From positions 4,537-68,536 of the forward strand of contig CAUJED010000104.1 of assembly GCA_963169535.1 (NCBI GenBank): 64,000 nucleotides of DNA, given 5' to 3'. Below are positions 38,067 to 47,943 of this stretch, in pieces. Origin of the DNA: Bacteroidota bacterium (GTDB lineage: Bacteria > Bacteroidota > Bacteroidia > Flavobacteriales_F > PHOS-HE28). Positions within the stretch are counted from its first letter, which is position 1, and each line of letters begins with the position of its first letter. The notes under the pieces were generated by a model. That model had not been told where the DNA came from. It did not search any database and saw only the letters and a list, made by a program, of their open reading frames with translations. The position numbers and the translations under genes were made by a program.

Positions 38067-38210
38067 AGCGTAGCGACGCTCAACCTGACCTCGGCCAACG
38101 CCGCCAGTGTGGACACCCATCGACCAACACGTTGGCCCGGCGATCGCGTTCATGGGTTGGGCCCGTCCTTGGCATCCACCGTCGCGCAACGAATGGAGCG
38201 ACCCGGGGGT

Positions 38211-39233
38211 TCAGCCCTTGAGGAAGCTCTCCCTCTTCATGGCCAACCACTCCAACGCGGCACCGCCGAGCAGGAGTTCTTTGGTGGCGGTATCGTAAGG
38301 CATGCTGTTGATCAGCTCGCCGGGGATGAGTTCGCCCAAGGGGAAGGGATAATCGGTGCCCATGGCCACCCGGTTGGCGCCCATCTGATCCACCACCACC
38401 CGCAACATGGCCGGATCGTGCACGAGCGCATCGATCCAGAAGCGTCCCAGGTAGTCGCGTGGGTTCACGGTATTGTCCACGGCGCACAGGTCGGGGCGCA
38501 TGATGAAGCCGTGCTCGATGCGGCCGATGGTGGCCGGGAAGGAGCCGCCGCCGTGCGCGAAGGCCACGCGTAACCGCGGAAGGCGTTCCATGAGGCCGCT
38601 GAAGATCATGGAGGTGATGGCGGTGGCCGTTTCCACGGGCATGCCCACCAGCCAAGGCATCCAGTACTTGTCGAACCGGTCGCTCCCCATCATGTCCCAG
38701 GGATGAACGAATACGGCCATGTCCAGTTCCTCGCAGGCCTGGAAGATGGCGAATAGGCGGGGCTCGCCCAGGTTGGTGCCGTTGATGTGGGTGCCGATCT
38801 GCACCCCGGCGAGGCCGATGCGCTTGCAACGTTCCAGTTCCTGAATGGCCAGCTCGGGCTCCTGCATGGGCAATGTACCCAGCCCCACGAAGCGCGTGGG
38901 CCATTGCTGTACGATGCCTGCGATATGGTCGTTCAGGAACATGGACAGGTCCAGCGTGTCGTGCGGTTTGGCCCAATAGCTGAACATCACCGGCACGGTG
39001 CTAAGCACCTGGACATGGACATGGGATCGGTCGCATTCGGCGATCCGAACGCTCGGGTCCCAGCAGTTGGCCTGCACCTCGCGGAAGAACTTGTCGTCCA
39101 TCATCATGCGGGCACAGCCGGGCCTGTGATGGTCCAGGTGGATGAATCCGCGGTAGCCGTAACGTCGCCCGAAGTCGGGTATCTGCTCCGGCAGGATGTG
39201 GGTATGGATGTCTATCGTGAGCGGGGTGGCCAT
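38211..39233 (-). CDS. Amidohydrolase-2 family decarboxylase, 2-amino-3-carboxymuconate-6-semialdehyde decarboxylase (ACMSD)-like
   Basis: N-terminal metal motif IDIHTHILP, later FAHGGGSFP, and a typical ACMSD length (340 aa). It lies adjacent to the 3-hydroxyanthranilate dioxygenase gene. Confidence 0.8.
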   Translation of the reverse strand: MATPLTIDIHTHILPEQIPDFGRRYGYRGFIHLDHHRPGCARMMMDDKFFREVQANCWDPSVRIAECDRSHVHVQVLSTVPVMFSYWAKPHDTLDLSMFLNDHIAGIVQQWPTRFVGLGTLPMQEPELAIQELERCKRIGLAGVQIGTHINGTNLGEPRLFAIFQACEELDMAVFVHPWDMMGSDRFDKYWMPWLVGMPVETATAITSMIFSGLMERLPRLRVAFAHGGGSFPATIGRIEHGFIMRPDLCAVDNTVNPRDYLGRFWIDALVHDPAMLRVVVDQMGANRVAMGTDYPFPLGELIPGELINSMPYDTATKELLLGGAALEWLAMKRESFLKG

Positions 39234-39241
39234 GCGGAACC

Positions 39242-39772
39242 TCAGACGAATCGTGGGTCAACGGCCATCACGTGGCCGCAGGCGGAGCAGGTGCGCTTGG
39301 CTTCGTCGCCGTAGAACTCCCGGAAGCGGGGGATGAAGTCCTTCTCGATGTTGTGGAGCACGAAGCGGTATTCGTGCAGCAGGTTGTTGCACTGTTCGCA
39401 GTACCACTGCAGGCCATCCAGCAGCTCGCGGTCGTCGCGTTTCACCTCGATCACCAATCCCACGGTGTTGGCGCCCCGGCGCGGTTGGTGCGGCACACGG
39501 GCCGGCAACAGGAACATCTCGCCTTCACGGATCGGGATGGTCACGGCCTTGCCATCTTCCTGGATACCGACCTCGATATCGCCTTCGAGCTGGTAGAACA
39601 GCTCTTCGGTCTCGTTCCAGTGATAGTCCTTGCGGGCGTTTGGGCCACCCACCACCATCACGATGTAGTCACCGGCATCGGCGTAGAGGTTCTTGTTGCC
39701 CACGGGGGGCTTCAGCAGGTCGCGGTTGTCGGCGATCCATTGTTTCACGTTGAACGGTCTGCGGATGGCCAT
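39242..39772 (-). CDS. nbaC: 3-hydroxyanthranilate 3,4-dioxygenase
   Basis: Cupin core [17 protein letters not shown]...[14 protein letters not shown] and a C-terminal rubredoxin-like Cys4 (CEQCNN...CSACGH). The start is set at the ATG at 39772. Confidence 0.88.
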   Translation of the reverse strand: MAIRRPFNVKQWIADNRDLLKPPVGNKNLYADAGDYIVMVVGGPNARKDYHWNETEELFYQLEGDIEVGIQEDGKAVTIPIREGEMFLLPARVPHQPRRGANTVGLVIEVKRDDRELLDGLQWYCEQCNNLLHEYRFVLHNIEKDFIPRFREFYGDEAKRTCSACGHVMAVDPRFV

Positions 39773-39896
39773 CGGATGATGAATTGCGGCCCGCAAGGTA
39801 CTTCAGTCCGACGCACGTGCCGTAGGCGCGGATGCCGTAGCGATGTGAATCGGCGATCGTTGAGGTGGGCGGATGGTTGGGCTGGACATGAATGCG

Positions 39897-39928
39897 GCAG
39901 GCCCGACCCCGTGCGGGGTCGGGCCTGC
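39897..39928 (-). terminator. Perfect 14-bp GC-rich hairpin downstream of fcl
   Basis: GCAGGCCCGACCCC-GTGC-GGGGTCGGGCCTGC, 32 nt after the fcl stop. There is no U-tract, which is common for Bacteroidota terminator-like hairpins. Confidence 0.6.
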
Positions 39929-39959
39929 CCTATCGGTCCGTTGGAAGACGTCCGTGGCT

Positions 39960-40907
39960 TCAGCTCTTCGCCAGTTCGCTCTTGGCGAAATCGGCATACA
40001 CGGCGGTGATGCCCTCGCGCAGGCCGATGCGGTGCTTCCATCCCATGTTGTGGAGGCGGCTCACGTCCATCAGTTTGCGGGGTGTGCCGTCGGGCTTCTC
40101 GGTGTTCCATTTCAGTTCACCGGTGTAGCCTACGATATCCTTGATCATCTCGGCGAGCGCCTTGATGGTGAGATCCTCGCCGGTGCCGATGTTCACGAAC
40201 ATCTCCTCGTCGTAGTGTTGGAGGAGGAAGTAGCAGGCATCGGCCAGGTCGTCCACGTGCAGGAATTCGCGCATGGGCGATCCGGTACCCCACACCTCCA
40301 CACTGGGCGCGTTGGTGACCTTCGCCGTGTGGAACTTGCGGATCAGCGCGGGCAGCACGTGGCTGTTGTTGAGGTCGTAGTTGTCGTTGGGGCCGTAGAG
40401 GTTGGTGGGCATGGCGCTGATGTAGTTGCGCCCGTATTGCCGTCGGTAGCTCTCGGCCAGTTTGATCCCGGCGATCTTGGCGATGGCGTAGGGTTCGTTG
40501 GTCTGCTCCAGCAGGCCGGTGAGCAGGCTCTCCTCCTTCAGTGGCTGCGGTGCCATCTTGGGGTAGATGCAGCTGGAGCCCAGGAAGAGGAGTTTCCGCA
40601 CATCATGCACGTGGCTGGCATGGATCACGTTGCACTCGATCATCAGGTTCTCGTAGAGGAACTGGGCGCGGTACACGTTGTTGGCGTGGATGCCCCCCAC
40701 CTTGGCGGCCGCGAGCACCACCACATCGGGCTTCTCCTGCGCGAAGAAGGCGTTCACAGCGGCCTGGTCCTTCAGGTCGAGCTCCTTGCTGGTGCGGGTG
40801 ATGATGTTGGTGTATCCATCCTTCTGCAGGCGGCGCACGATGGCACTTCCCACCATGCCGCGATGGCCTGCGATGTAGATCTTGTCGGTCTTGTTCATTG
40901 GATGCAT
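39960..40907 (-). CDS. fcl: GDP-L-fucose synthase (GDP-4-keto-6-deoxy-D-mannose epimerase/reductase)
   Basis: [14 protein letters not shown] Rossmann motif. 315 aa. Immediately downstream of gmd. Confidence 0.92.
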   Translation of the reverse strand: MHPMNKTDKIYIAGHRGMVGSAIVRRLQKDGYTNIITRTSKELDLKDQAAVNAFFAQEKPDVVVLAAAKVGGIHANNVYRAQFLYENLMIECNVIHASHVHDVRKLLFLGSSCIYPKMAPQPLKEESLLTGLLEQTNEPYAIAKIAGIKLAESYRRQYGRNYISAMPTNLYGPNDNYDLNNSHVLPALIRKFHTAKVTNAPSVEVWGTGSPMREFLHVDDLADACYFLLQHYDEEMFVNIGTGEDLTIKALAEMIKDIVGYTGELKWNTEKPDGTPRKLMDVSRLHNMGWKHRIGLREGITAVYADFAKSELAKS

Positions 40908-40954
40908 TGTTGGGGCGGATCATGATCCGCCCGTACGGCAGGAATGATCACAGA

Positions 40955-42169
40955 TCACTCCTGCTCGTGCAGGATCTTGTGGCCGCCCTTCTTCAGGTAC
41001 ACATCGCGTTTGAAGAGCTCCAGGTCGCTGGCCATCATTTCCTTCACCAGGGCCTTGAGGTCGTACTTGTGCTTCCAGCCGAGCTCGCGCATGGCCTTGC
41101 GGGGGTCGCCCTCCAGGTGGTCCACCTCGGCTGGGCGGTAGTAGCGCTTGTCGATGGCCACGAGCACCTTGCCGGTCTTCTTGTCGTAGCCCTTCTCCTT
41201 CTCGGCCTTGCCCTTCCACTCGAGCTTGATGCCCACTTCGCCGAAGGCCAGGTCCACGAAGTGGCGCACGGTGTAGGTCTTTCCGGTGGCGAGCACGTAG
41301 TCATCGGGTTTCTTGGCTTGCAGCATCAGCCACATGCCCTCCACGTAATCCTTGGCATGGCCCCAGTCGCGCTTGGCGTCGAGGTTACCCAGGTACAGGG
41401 TATCCTGCAGGCCCAGTTTGATCTTGGCGGCGGCGCGGGTGATCTTGCGGGTCACGAAGGTCTCGCCGCGCAGGGGACTTTCGTGGTTGAAGAGTATGCC
41501 GTTGCAGGCGAAGATGCCGTAGCTCTCGCGGTAGTTCTTGGTGATCCAGAAGCCGTAGAGCTTGGCCACGCCGTAAGGGCTGCGCGGGTGGAAGGGCGTC
41601 TCCTCGTTCTGCGCGTGTGGGCGCACACCGCCGTACAGCTCCGAAGTGGAGGCTTGGTAGAATTTGGTCTTCTTCTCCAGGCCGAGGATGCGGATGGCCT
41701 CCAGGAAGCGCAGCGTGCCGATACCATCGGCGTTGGCCGTGTACTCGGGCATCTCGAAGCTCACGTGCACATGGCTCATGGCGGCCAGGTTGTAGATCTC
41801 GTCCGGCTGGATCTGCTGCACCAGGCGCAGGCAGTTCACGCTGTCGGTGAGGTCACCGTAATGCAAGTGAAAGGCATGGCCCTTCTCGTGCATATCGTGG
41901 TACAGGTGGTCGATACGGTCGGTGTTGAACAGCGAGCTGCGGCGTTTGACGCCATGCACCTCGTATCCCTTGTTCAACAGCAGCTCGCTCAGGTAGGCAC
42001 CATCCTGTCCGGTGACACCGGTGATGAGGGCGACCTTGCGCTTGCCCTTGGTGGCGGTGCTGCGGTCGGTCCGGACCTTGCTGGCCTTGGGCTTCTTGGC
42101 CTGGGCGGAATGGCCTTTCTGGGCGTTGGTGCCAGCGGCACGCGTGTTCTTCTTCGTCATCTTGGTCAT
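40955..42169 (-). CDS. gmd: GDP-mannose 4,6-dehydratase with an unusual ~45-aa Lys-rich N-terminal extension
   Basis: Core [19 protein letters not shown]... is typical Gmd. The only in-frame starts are the ATGs at 42169 and 42160, which overlap the cysQ stop. Confidence 0.92.
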   Translation of the reverse strand: MTKMTKKNTRAAGTNAQKGHSAQAKKPKASKVRTDRSTATKGKRKVALITGVTGQDGAYLSELLLNKGYEVHGVKRRSSLFNTDRIDHLYHDMHEKGHAFHLHYGDLTDSVNCLRLVQQIQPDEIYNLAAMSHVHVSFEMPEYTANADGIGTLRFLEAIRILGLEKKTKFYQASTSELYGGVRPHAQNEETPFHPRSPYGVAKLYGFWITKNYRESYGIFACNGILFNHESPLRGETFVTRKITRAAAKIKLGLQDTLYLGNLDAKRDWGHAKDYVEGMWLMLQAKKPDDYVLATGKTYTVRHFVDLAFGEVGIKLEWKGKAEKEKGYDKKTGKVLVAIDKRYYRPAEVDHLEGDPRKAMRELGWKHKYDLKALVKEMMASDLELFKRDVYLKKGGHKILHEQE

Positions 42170-43002
42170 TGTACGGTGAACCAGTCGTTCACCGGTTCTT
42201 GCTTGTTATAACGCAGGGGTGCGTTGGTGGTCACATCAAGGAGTTGACGGCCGGCCTCGGTGCAGATGATCTGTCCGGCGGCGGTGTCCCATTCCATGGT
42301 CGGGGCGTAGCGGGGGTATGCGTCCGCGGCACCTTCGGCCATGCGCCCGAATTTGAGGGCGCTGCCGATGAAGGCGAGGGTCACGGTACCATGCTCCTCT
42401 TCCTTGCGCTGGATGAATGCCGCGGTCTCGGGGCTTCGATGCGAGCGGCTGGCGAGGATGGAATAGGCACGGGGCTCGTGCGCGAGAGGCAAACGGAGGC
42501 TCATGGCGGCCCGTTCATACGCCGGAACCGGGCCTTGGGTTGCTGCGTGCTGCTGGCGCCAGGCTCCGCCACCTTCCCAAGCGAAGTAGAGCAGGTCTTG
42601 CACGGGGCCGTAGATCACGCCGACCAGGGGAGAGGCGTTGCCCAGGGGAGTGTTGGTGGTGGTATCGGACCGCATCAGGGCGATGCACACGGCGAATTCG
42701 TCGTTGCGGGCAACGAACTCCTTGGTGCCGTCCAGCGGGTCCACCAGCCAGTAGTAGGGCCACGCCTGGCGCTGGGCCATGGGGATGAAGGGGCCTTCCT
42801 CGCTCATGATGGGCAGGCCGGTGGTGGCCAGCGCCTGTTCGATGGCGTGGTGCGAATCGCGATCGGCCTGGGTGAGCGGGGAGCGGTCGGCCTTCCATTC
42901 CACTGCGAAGGATCCGGCATAGACCTCCATGATGGCCTGGCCACCGGCCAAGGCAGCGCCTATGGCGGCGTTCACCATTTGCTCCAGGGAAGGGCCGGTC
43001 AT
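42166..43002 (-). CDS. cysQ: 3'(2'),5'-bisphosphate nucleotidase (CysQ / inositol monophosphatase family)
   Basis: Motifs PIMSEEG and [12 protein letters not shown]. The start is set at the ATG at 43002, because the track's 92-codon extension overlaps the small ORF below in another frame. Confidence 0.85.
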   Translation of the reverse strand: MTGPSLEQMVNAAIGAALAGGQAIMEVYAGSFAVEWKADRSPLTQADRDSHHAIEQALATTGLPIMSEEGPFIPMAQRQAWPYYWLVDPLDGTKEFVARNDEFAVCIALMRSDTTTNTPLGNASPLVGVIYGPVQDLLYFAWEGGGAWRQQHAATQGPVPAYERAAMSLRLPLAHEPRAYSILASRSHRSPETAAFIQRKEEEHGTVTLAFIGSALKFGRMAEGAADAYPRYAPTMEWDTAAGQIICTEAGRQLLDVTTNAPLRYNKQEPVNDWFTVQ

Positions 43003-43145
43003 CTGTGCGGGTAAAGGTAGCCGTGGTGTTCGGGCTCGGGTTCCCGGGGCGTGCCCGTCTTTGCACGGCCTCTGGTGAATGAGCGAAGAGGCCATGGAAA
43101 AGCCCTGCCCGTTCTGGCGGACAGGGCTTCGCGCCAAGGTGCGGA

Positions 43146-43301
43146 TCAGGCTTTGCCCATGATCTTGAACATGCCGGTGCCGCACGTGGGGCAGGTGCCC
43201 TTCATCGCCTTGCGGCCGTTGGCCATGGTGTTCTCCTTGGGGTCCTTCATGTTGCGCTTGGCCTTGCACTTCACGCAATACGCTTCAACGGCTGCTGCCA
43301 T
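43146..43301 (-). CDS. DUF5679-like small zinc-ribbon protein (51 aa), absent from the ORF track
   Basis: Hand translation of the minus strand gives MAAAVEAYCVKCKAKRNMKDPKENTMANGRKAMKGTCPTCGTGMFKIMGKA*. It has a CxxC...CxxC ribbon and Lys-rich composition. Confidence 0.65.
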   Translation of the reverse strand: MAAAVEAYCVKCKAKRNMKDPKENTMANGRKAMKGTCPTCGTGMFKIMGKA

Positions 43302-44104
43302 GTTCTCTGGGTATTAAAGGTTGAACGAGAGAACAAGGTAGTTGCGTTCCCTATTGGGATACCGCCTTGGACATTGAAGGTTTTCAACGATCGTGGATGG
43401 TGAACGCGAGTTCAGCGGGGTGATCCCCAGTGCGTTCATCATGCAGGACACGCTTCTGCGGTACGTTGGCGAGGTGCGGGTCGATGGGATGGCGGACCGA
43501 TACGAGCATCGCTCAGACGATCCCTCTGATCGGTGACCCTATTTGGATGTTCAGGAGCGGCCGAAGATGCGGGACTATTCTTCTAAGGCCGGTACGAGAG
43601 ACCTGGTGCAAGGCCGAAGGTGTGCAACACAAGAAGCGAAGCCACCGAGGGACGGGCGTACGGAACAGGGCTCTCGGTGAAGGCGAGAGGAAGAAGAGCA
43701 AGTGGGTCGGGCGGGATCGGATGCCCCAATGGAATACGGTGTCGCGGACATGTGGTGTGTTGAAGTCCTTGGTGCAAGGGGCGCGTAGGGGTATTGAACC
43801 CAGCGTTCGCCCTACGGCAGTGCATTACAGCGATTGTTGATGGATCGTGAAAAGAAAACGCTTGGAACGGATCACTCTGGATCCTTCCCACGCCCTTCGC
43901 GGGGATCCGGCGCATGTTGAAAAGTATGGAAGACTTCATCCGGCGAATGCTGACCACCGGGGCCACTTTTGTAACCCGACGACGCCGCCTTTTCGGCCTT
44001 TGGAACGAGAGCGACGTCGGCGGGACCCGAACAGTATCCATCGTCAACGAAGAAGGAGGCCTTCCCCCTTCTGGAACACCGTCTCTCCCAAGTCGAAACA
44101 TGCC

Positions 44105-45139
44105 ATGAGCACCAAGAACACCGATCCCCAGATGAGCATGGATGCGGCACTTGCCGACACGGCCGCGGCCAACGAACCCATCCTGAAGGAGAACAAGGAC
44201 CGGTTCGTGATCTTCCCCATTCAGCACAACGACATCTGGCAGTTCTACAAGAAGCACGAAGCCGCCTTCTGGACCGCCGAGGAGATCGACCTCCATGCCG
44301 ACCTCACCGATTGGAACGACAAGCTCAACGACGACGAGCGCTACTTCATCAAGCACGTGCTCGCCTTCTTCGCCGCCAGCGACGGCATCGTGAACGAGAA
44401 CCTCGCCGAGAACTTCCTGCACGAGGTGCAGTACCCCGAGGCCCGCTTCTTCTACGGCTTCCAGATCGCCATGGAGAACATCCACAGCGAAACCTACAGC
44501 CTGCTGATCGATACCTACATCAAGGACCCGATCGAGAAGGACAAGCTGCTGCACGCCATCGAAACGGTGGACTGCGTCAAGAAGAAGGCCGAATGGGCCC
44601 TGCGCTGGATCGGCAAGGGCAGCTTCGCCGAACGCCTCATCGCCTTCGCTGCCGTGGAGGGCATCTTCTTCAGCGGCAGCTTCTGCAGCATCTTCTGGCT
44701 GAAGAAGCGCGGCCTCATGCCCGGCCTCACCTTCAGTAACGAGCTCATCAGCCGGGATGAAGGCTTGCACTGCGACTTCGCCTGCCTGCTCTATACCAAG
44801 CACCTGCTGAACAAGGTCCCCAAGAAGACCGTGGAGTCCATCATCCGGGATGCGGTGGAGATCGAGAAGGAGTTCGTGACCGACGCGTTGCCTGTGAACC
44901 TGATCGGGATGAATGCGAAGCTCATGCAGCAGTACATCGAGTTCGTGGCCGATCGCTTGTTGTTGGAATTGGGCAACGAGAAGATCTACAACGCCACCAA
45001 CCCGTTCGATTTCATGGAGATGATCTCGCTACAGGGCAAGACCAACTTCTTTGAGAAGCGCGTGGGCGAGTATCAGAAGGCCGGTGTGTTGAACAAGGAC
45101 AAGGATCAGAGCAAGTTCACGCTGGATGCGGATTTCTGA
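44105..45139 (+). CDS. nrdB: Class Ia ribonucleoside-diphosphate reductase beta subunit
   Basis: Di-iron/tyrosyl motifs [38 protein letters not shown]. The start is set at the ATG at 44105 (MSTKNTDPQ...). Confidence 0.93.
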   Translation: MSTKNTDPQMSMDAALADTAAANEPILKENKDRFVIFPIQHNDIWQFYKKHEAAFWTAEEIDLHADLTDWNDKLNDDERYFIKHVLAFFAASDGIVNENLAENFLHEVQYPEARFFYGFQIAMENIHSETYSLLIDTYIKDPIEKDKLLHAIETVDCVKKKAEWALRWIGKGSFAERLIAFAAVEGIFFSGSFCSIFWLKKRGLMPGLTFSNELISRDEGLHCDFACLLYTKHLLNKVPKKTVESIIRDAVEIEKEFVTDALPVNLIGMNAKLMQQYIEFVADRLLLELGNEKIYNATNPFDFMEMISLQGKTNFFEKRVGEYQKAGVLNKDKDQSKFTLDADF

Positions 45140-45379
45140 GATGCGGGGTTGGGTGTTGGCGGGCTGCGTGTAGCGCGGTGGACCCGTGGACAAGCAGAAC
45201 ACGGAACACGGTCAGCTGCAACGCATTTCACCGGATCTCACATCGGTCGGTTCACGAAGAGCCGGATCGAGGTCTCGGGAAGGAGGGGGAAGGGGGCCAT
45301 CTTACAGTCGGGAAAAGTGACAGGAAAACCAACACGGAAGGCGGGAGCCCGAAGTGCGTAAAAACAAGGAACAAGGAAC

Positions 45380-47761
45380 ATGTACGTTATCAAGCGCGAC
45401 GGCCGCCGGGAGGCGGTGAAATTCGACAAGATCACTGCGCGGGTGAAGAAGCTGTGCTACGAGTTGGACCCCATGGTGGATGCCACCGTGGTCACCATGA
45501 AGGTGATCGACGGCATCTTCGATGGGGTGACCACCACCGAGCTGGATAACCTCACCGCCGAGGTGGCCGCCACCATGACGGTGAAGCACCCGGATTATGC
45601 GCAACTCGCGAGCCGCATCGCGGTGAGCAACCTGCACAAGAACACCAAGAAGTCCTTCAGCGAGACCATGAAGGACCTTTACGTGTACCTGGATCCCAAG
45701 ACCGGAGAGCGGGCCGCGCTACTCGCCGATGATGTCCACAAGATCATCCAGGACAACGCTGACGTGCTGGACAGCGCGATCATCTACGACCGCGACTTCA
45801 ACTACGATTACTTCGGGTTCAAGACCTTGGAGCGGAGCTATCTCCTGCGTCTGCATGGCAAGGTGGTGGAGCGTCCGCAGCACATGCTCATGCGCGTGGC
45901 GGTGGGCATCCATAAAGTCGACATCGACAGCGCCATCCGCACCTACAACGACCTCAGCGAAGGTTGGTACACGCATGCCACGCCCACGCTCTTCAACGCA
46001 GGCACGCCGAAGCCGCAGATGAGCAGCTGCTTCCTGTTGCAGTTGAAGGAGGACAGCATCACGGGCATCTACGACACCCTGAAGCAGTGCGCGCAGATCA
46101 GCCAGAGCGCGGGCGGCATCGGCCTCAGCGTGCATAACCTGCGGGCCAAGGGCAGCTACATCAAGGGCACCAACGGCACCAGCAATGGCATCGTGCCCAT
46201 GCTGCGTGTGTTCAACGACACCGCGCGGTATGTGGACCAGGGTGGAGGAAAGCGGAAAGGCAGCTTCGCCATGTACTTGGAGCCCTGGCATGCTGATGTG
46301 TTCGACTTCCTCGAGTTGAAGAAGAACCATGGCAAGGAGGAGATGCGGGCCCGCGATCTGTTCTACGCATTGTGGATCCCGGACCTGTTCATGAAGCGCG
46401 TGGAGCAGGGCGGCGACTGGACCTTGATGTGCCCCAACGAATGCCCCGGCCTCAGTGACACATGGGGTGCCAAGTTCGAGGAACTGTATGAAGGCTACGA
46501 GGCCGCAGGCAAAGGCCGCCAGACGGTGAAGGCGCAGGACCTGTGGTTCAAGATCCTGGAAAGCCAGATCGAGACCGGTACGCCCTACATCCTCTTCAAG
46601 GATGCCGCCAACGGCAAGAGCAACCAGCAGAACCTGGGCACCATCAAGAGCAGCAACCTCTGCACGGAGATCATCGAGTACACCAGCCCCGACGAGGTGG
46701 CCGTGTGCAATCTCGGCTCCATCGCGCTGCCCAAATTCGTGGAGAAGGGCAAGTTCGATCACAACAAGCTCTTCGAGGTCACCTACCAGCTGGCGCGCAA
46801 CCTCAACCGCGTCATCGACCAGAACTACTACCCGATCCCCGAGGCACGTCGCAGCAACATGCGCCATCGCCCCATCGGCATCGGCGTGCAGGGCTTGGCT
46901 GATGCGTTCATCCTCATGCGCCACCCCTTCGATAGCGTGGAGGCCAAGGTGCTGAACCGCGAGATCTTCGAGACGATCTACTACGCCGCCCTCACCGCAA
47001 GCAAGGACCTCGCGAAGGAGGAGGGCCCGTACGAGACCTACGAAGGCAGCCCCATGAGCCAAGGCGTGCTCCAGTTCGACATGTGGGGGGTGAAGCCGAG
47101 CGATCGTTGGGAATGGGACGTACTGCGTAGTGAGATCGAACAGCACGGGGTGCGCAACAGCTTGTTGCTGGCACCGATGCCCACCGCCAGCACCGCACAG
47201 ATCCTCGGGAACAACGAGTGCTTCGAACCGTACACCAGCAACATCTACACCCGCCGTGTGCTCAGCGGCGAATTCGTGGTGGTGAACAAGTACCTGCTGC
47301 GCGATCTGGTGAAGCTGGGCCTGTGGGGCGATGAGTTGAAGAACAAGATCGTGGCCGCCAACGGCAGCATCCAGCACATCCCGGAGATCCCGCAGAACCT
47401 CAAGGACCTGTACAAGACAGCCTGGGAGATCAGCCAGCGGACGATCATCGACATGAGCGCGGATCGTGGGGCGTACATCTGCCAGAGCCAGAGCCTCAAC
47501 ATCTTCATGGAGAACGCCAACTTCGGCAAGCTTACCAGCATGCACTTCTATGCGTGGAAAGCGGGCTTGAAGACGGGCATGTACTACCTGCGTACCAAGG
47601 CCGCCACGGACGCCATCAAGTTCACGGTGGATAAGGCCAAGCTGAGTGAGCCGAACGTGGTGAAGGCCCCGGAGGTGGTTGTTGCCAACGAGGATGTGGC
47701 CCAGGCGCAGATCGCCTGTTCGCTGGATGATCCGGAGGGATGTGAGATGTGTTCGGGGTAG
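45380..47761 (+). CDS. nrdA: Class Ia ribonucleoside-diphosphate reductase alpha subunit
   Basis: N-terminal ATP-cone [18 protein letters not shown], active-site SSNLCTEI, C-terminal redox Cys pair [14 protein letters not shown]. Confidence 0.95.
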   Translation: MYVIKRDGRREAVKFDKITARVKKLCYELDPMVDATVVTMKVIDGIFDGVTTTELDNLTAEVAATMTVKHPDYAQLASRIAVSNLHKNTKKSFSETMKDLYVYLDPKTGERAALLADDVHKIIQDNADVLDSAIIYDRDFNYDYFGFKTLERSYLLRLHGKVVERPQHMLMRVAVGIHKVDIDSAIRTYNDLSEGWYTHATPTLFNAGTPKPQMSSCFLLQLKEDSITGIYDTLKQCAQISQSAGGIGLSVHNLRAKGSYIKGTNGTSNGIVPMLRVFNDTARYVDQGGGKRKGSFAMYLEPWHADVFDFLELKKNHGKEEMRARDLFYALWIPDLFMKRVEQGGDWTLMCPNECPGLSDTWGAKFEELYEGYEAAGKGRQTVKAQDLWFKILESQIETGTPYILFKDAANGKSNQQNLGTIKSSNLCTEIIEYTSPDEVAVCNLGSIALPKFVEKGKFDHNKLFEVTYQLARNLNRVIDQNYYPIPEARRSNMRHRPIGIGVQGLADAFILMRHPFDSVEAKVLNREIFETIYYAALTASKDLAKEEGPYETYEGSPMSQGVLQFDMWGVKPSDRWEWDVLRSEIEQHGVRNSLLLAPMPTASTAQILGNNECFEPYTSNIYTRRVLSGEFVVVNKYLLRDLVKLGLWGDELKNKIVAANGSIQHIPEIPQNLKDLYKTAWEISQRTIIDMSADRGAYICQSQSLNIFMENANFGKLTSMHFYAWKAGLKTGMYYLRTKAATDAIKFTVDKAKLSEPNVVKAPEVVVANEDVAQAQIACSLDDPEGCEMCSG

Positions 47762-47781
47762 GAGTATAGACCGAACGAATG

Positions 47782-47825
47782 AAACAAGTCGCAGGGCTCA
47801 CGGAAGTGGGCCCTGCGACTTGTTT
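47782..47825 (+). terminator. Intrinsic terminator-like hairpin after nrdA
   Basis: A perfect 16-bp stem AAACAAGTCGCAGGGC (47782-47797) / GCCCTGCGACTTGTTT (47810-47825) with a 12-nt loop. It starts 21 nt after the stop, and the stem ends in TTGTTT. Confidence 0.8.
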
Positions 47826-47943
47826 ATGGAATTTGACGTCCCGCACCATGGATGGTGTGGAGGAATTCGTTCCTTCGTCCTACACCCGGCGGCGGCATGG
47901 GAACCATTCGGTCGACCGGACCATCAGATCCCCACCAAACACC

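Noticed and set aside
43003-43278. N-terminal extensions of track ORFs into upstream spacers: cysQ to 43278, sdhA to 11180, sufS to 23235, sufE to 21979, 4HB to 25870, nrdB from 43847, DUF2480 to 21376, metalloprotease to 20534, BNR protein from 47779, giant adhesin to 58521
   Set aside because: The extensions have no homology-like sequence. They run through hairpins or terminators, or overlap neighbouring genes. In each case an internal ATG yields a canonical N-terminus or signal peptide.
43430-43840. 136-aa plus-strand ORF in the long nrdB upstream region, and the 406-aa minus-strand ORF 43583..44803
   Set aside because: The Cys/Arg/Gly/Trp-rich composition is not protein-like. The minus-strand ORF is largely antisense to nrdB. 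The region is treated as non-coding (see finding).
45140-45379. The nrdB-nrdA spacer as another hairpin-type spacer. It has purine-rich words: GAACACGGAACACGG, GGAAGGAGGGGGAAGGGGG, AACAAGGAACAAGGAAC.
   Set aside because: Short tandem words are present, but I could not find a convincing complementary partner arm. The A-rich tract next to the ATG is compatible with an ordinary unstructured Bacteroidota leader.
45719-47545. 608-aa minus-strand ORF
   Set aside because: It is exactly antisense to nrdA, whose identity is unambiguous. Its Ala/Val/His/Asp-rich low-information sequence has no motifs.
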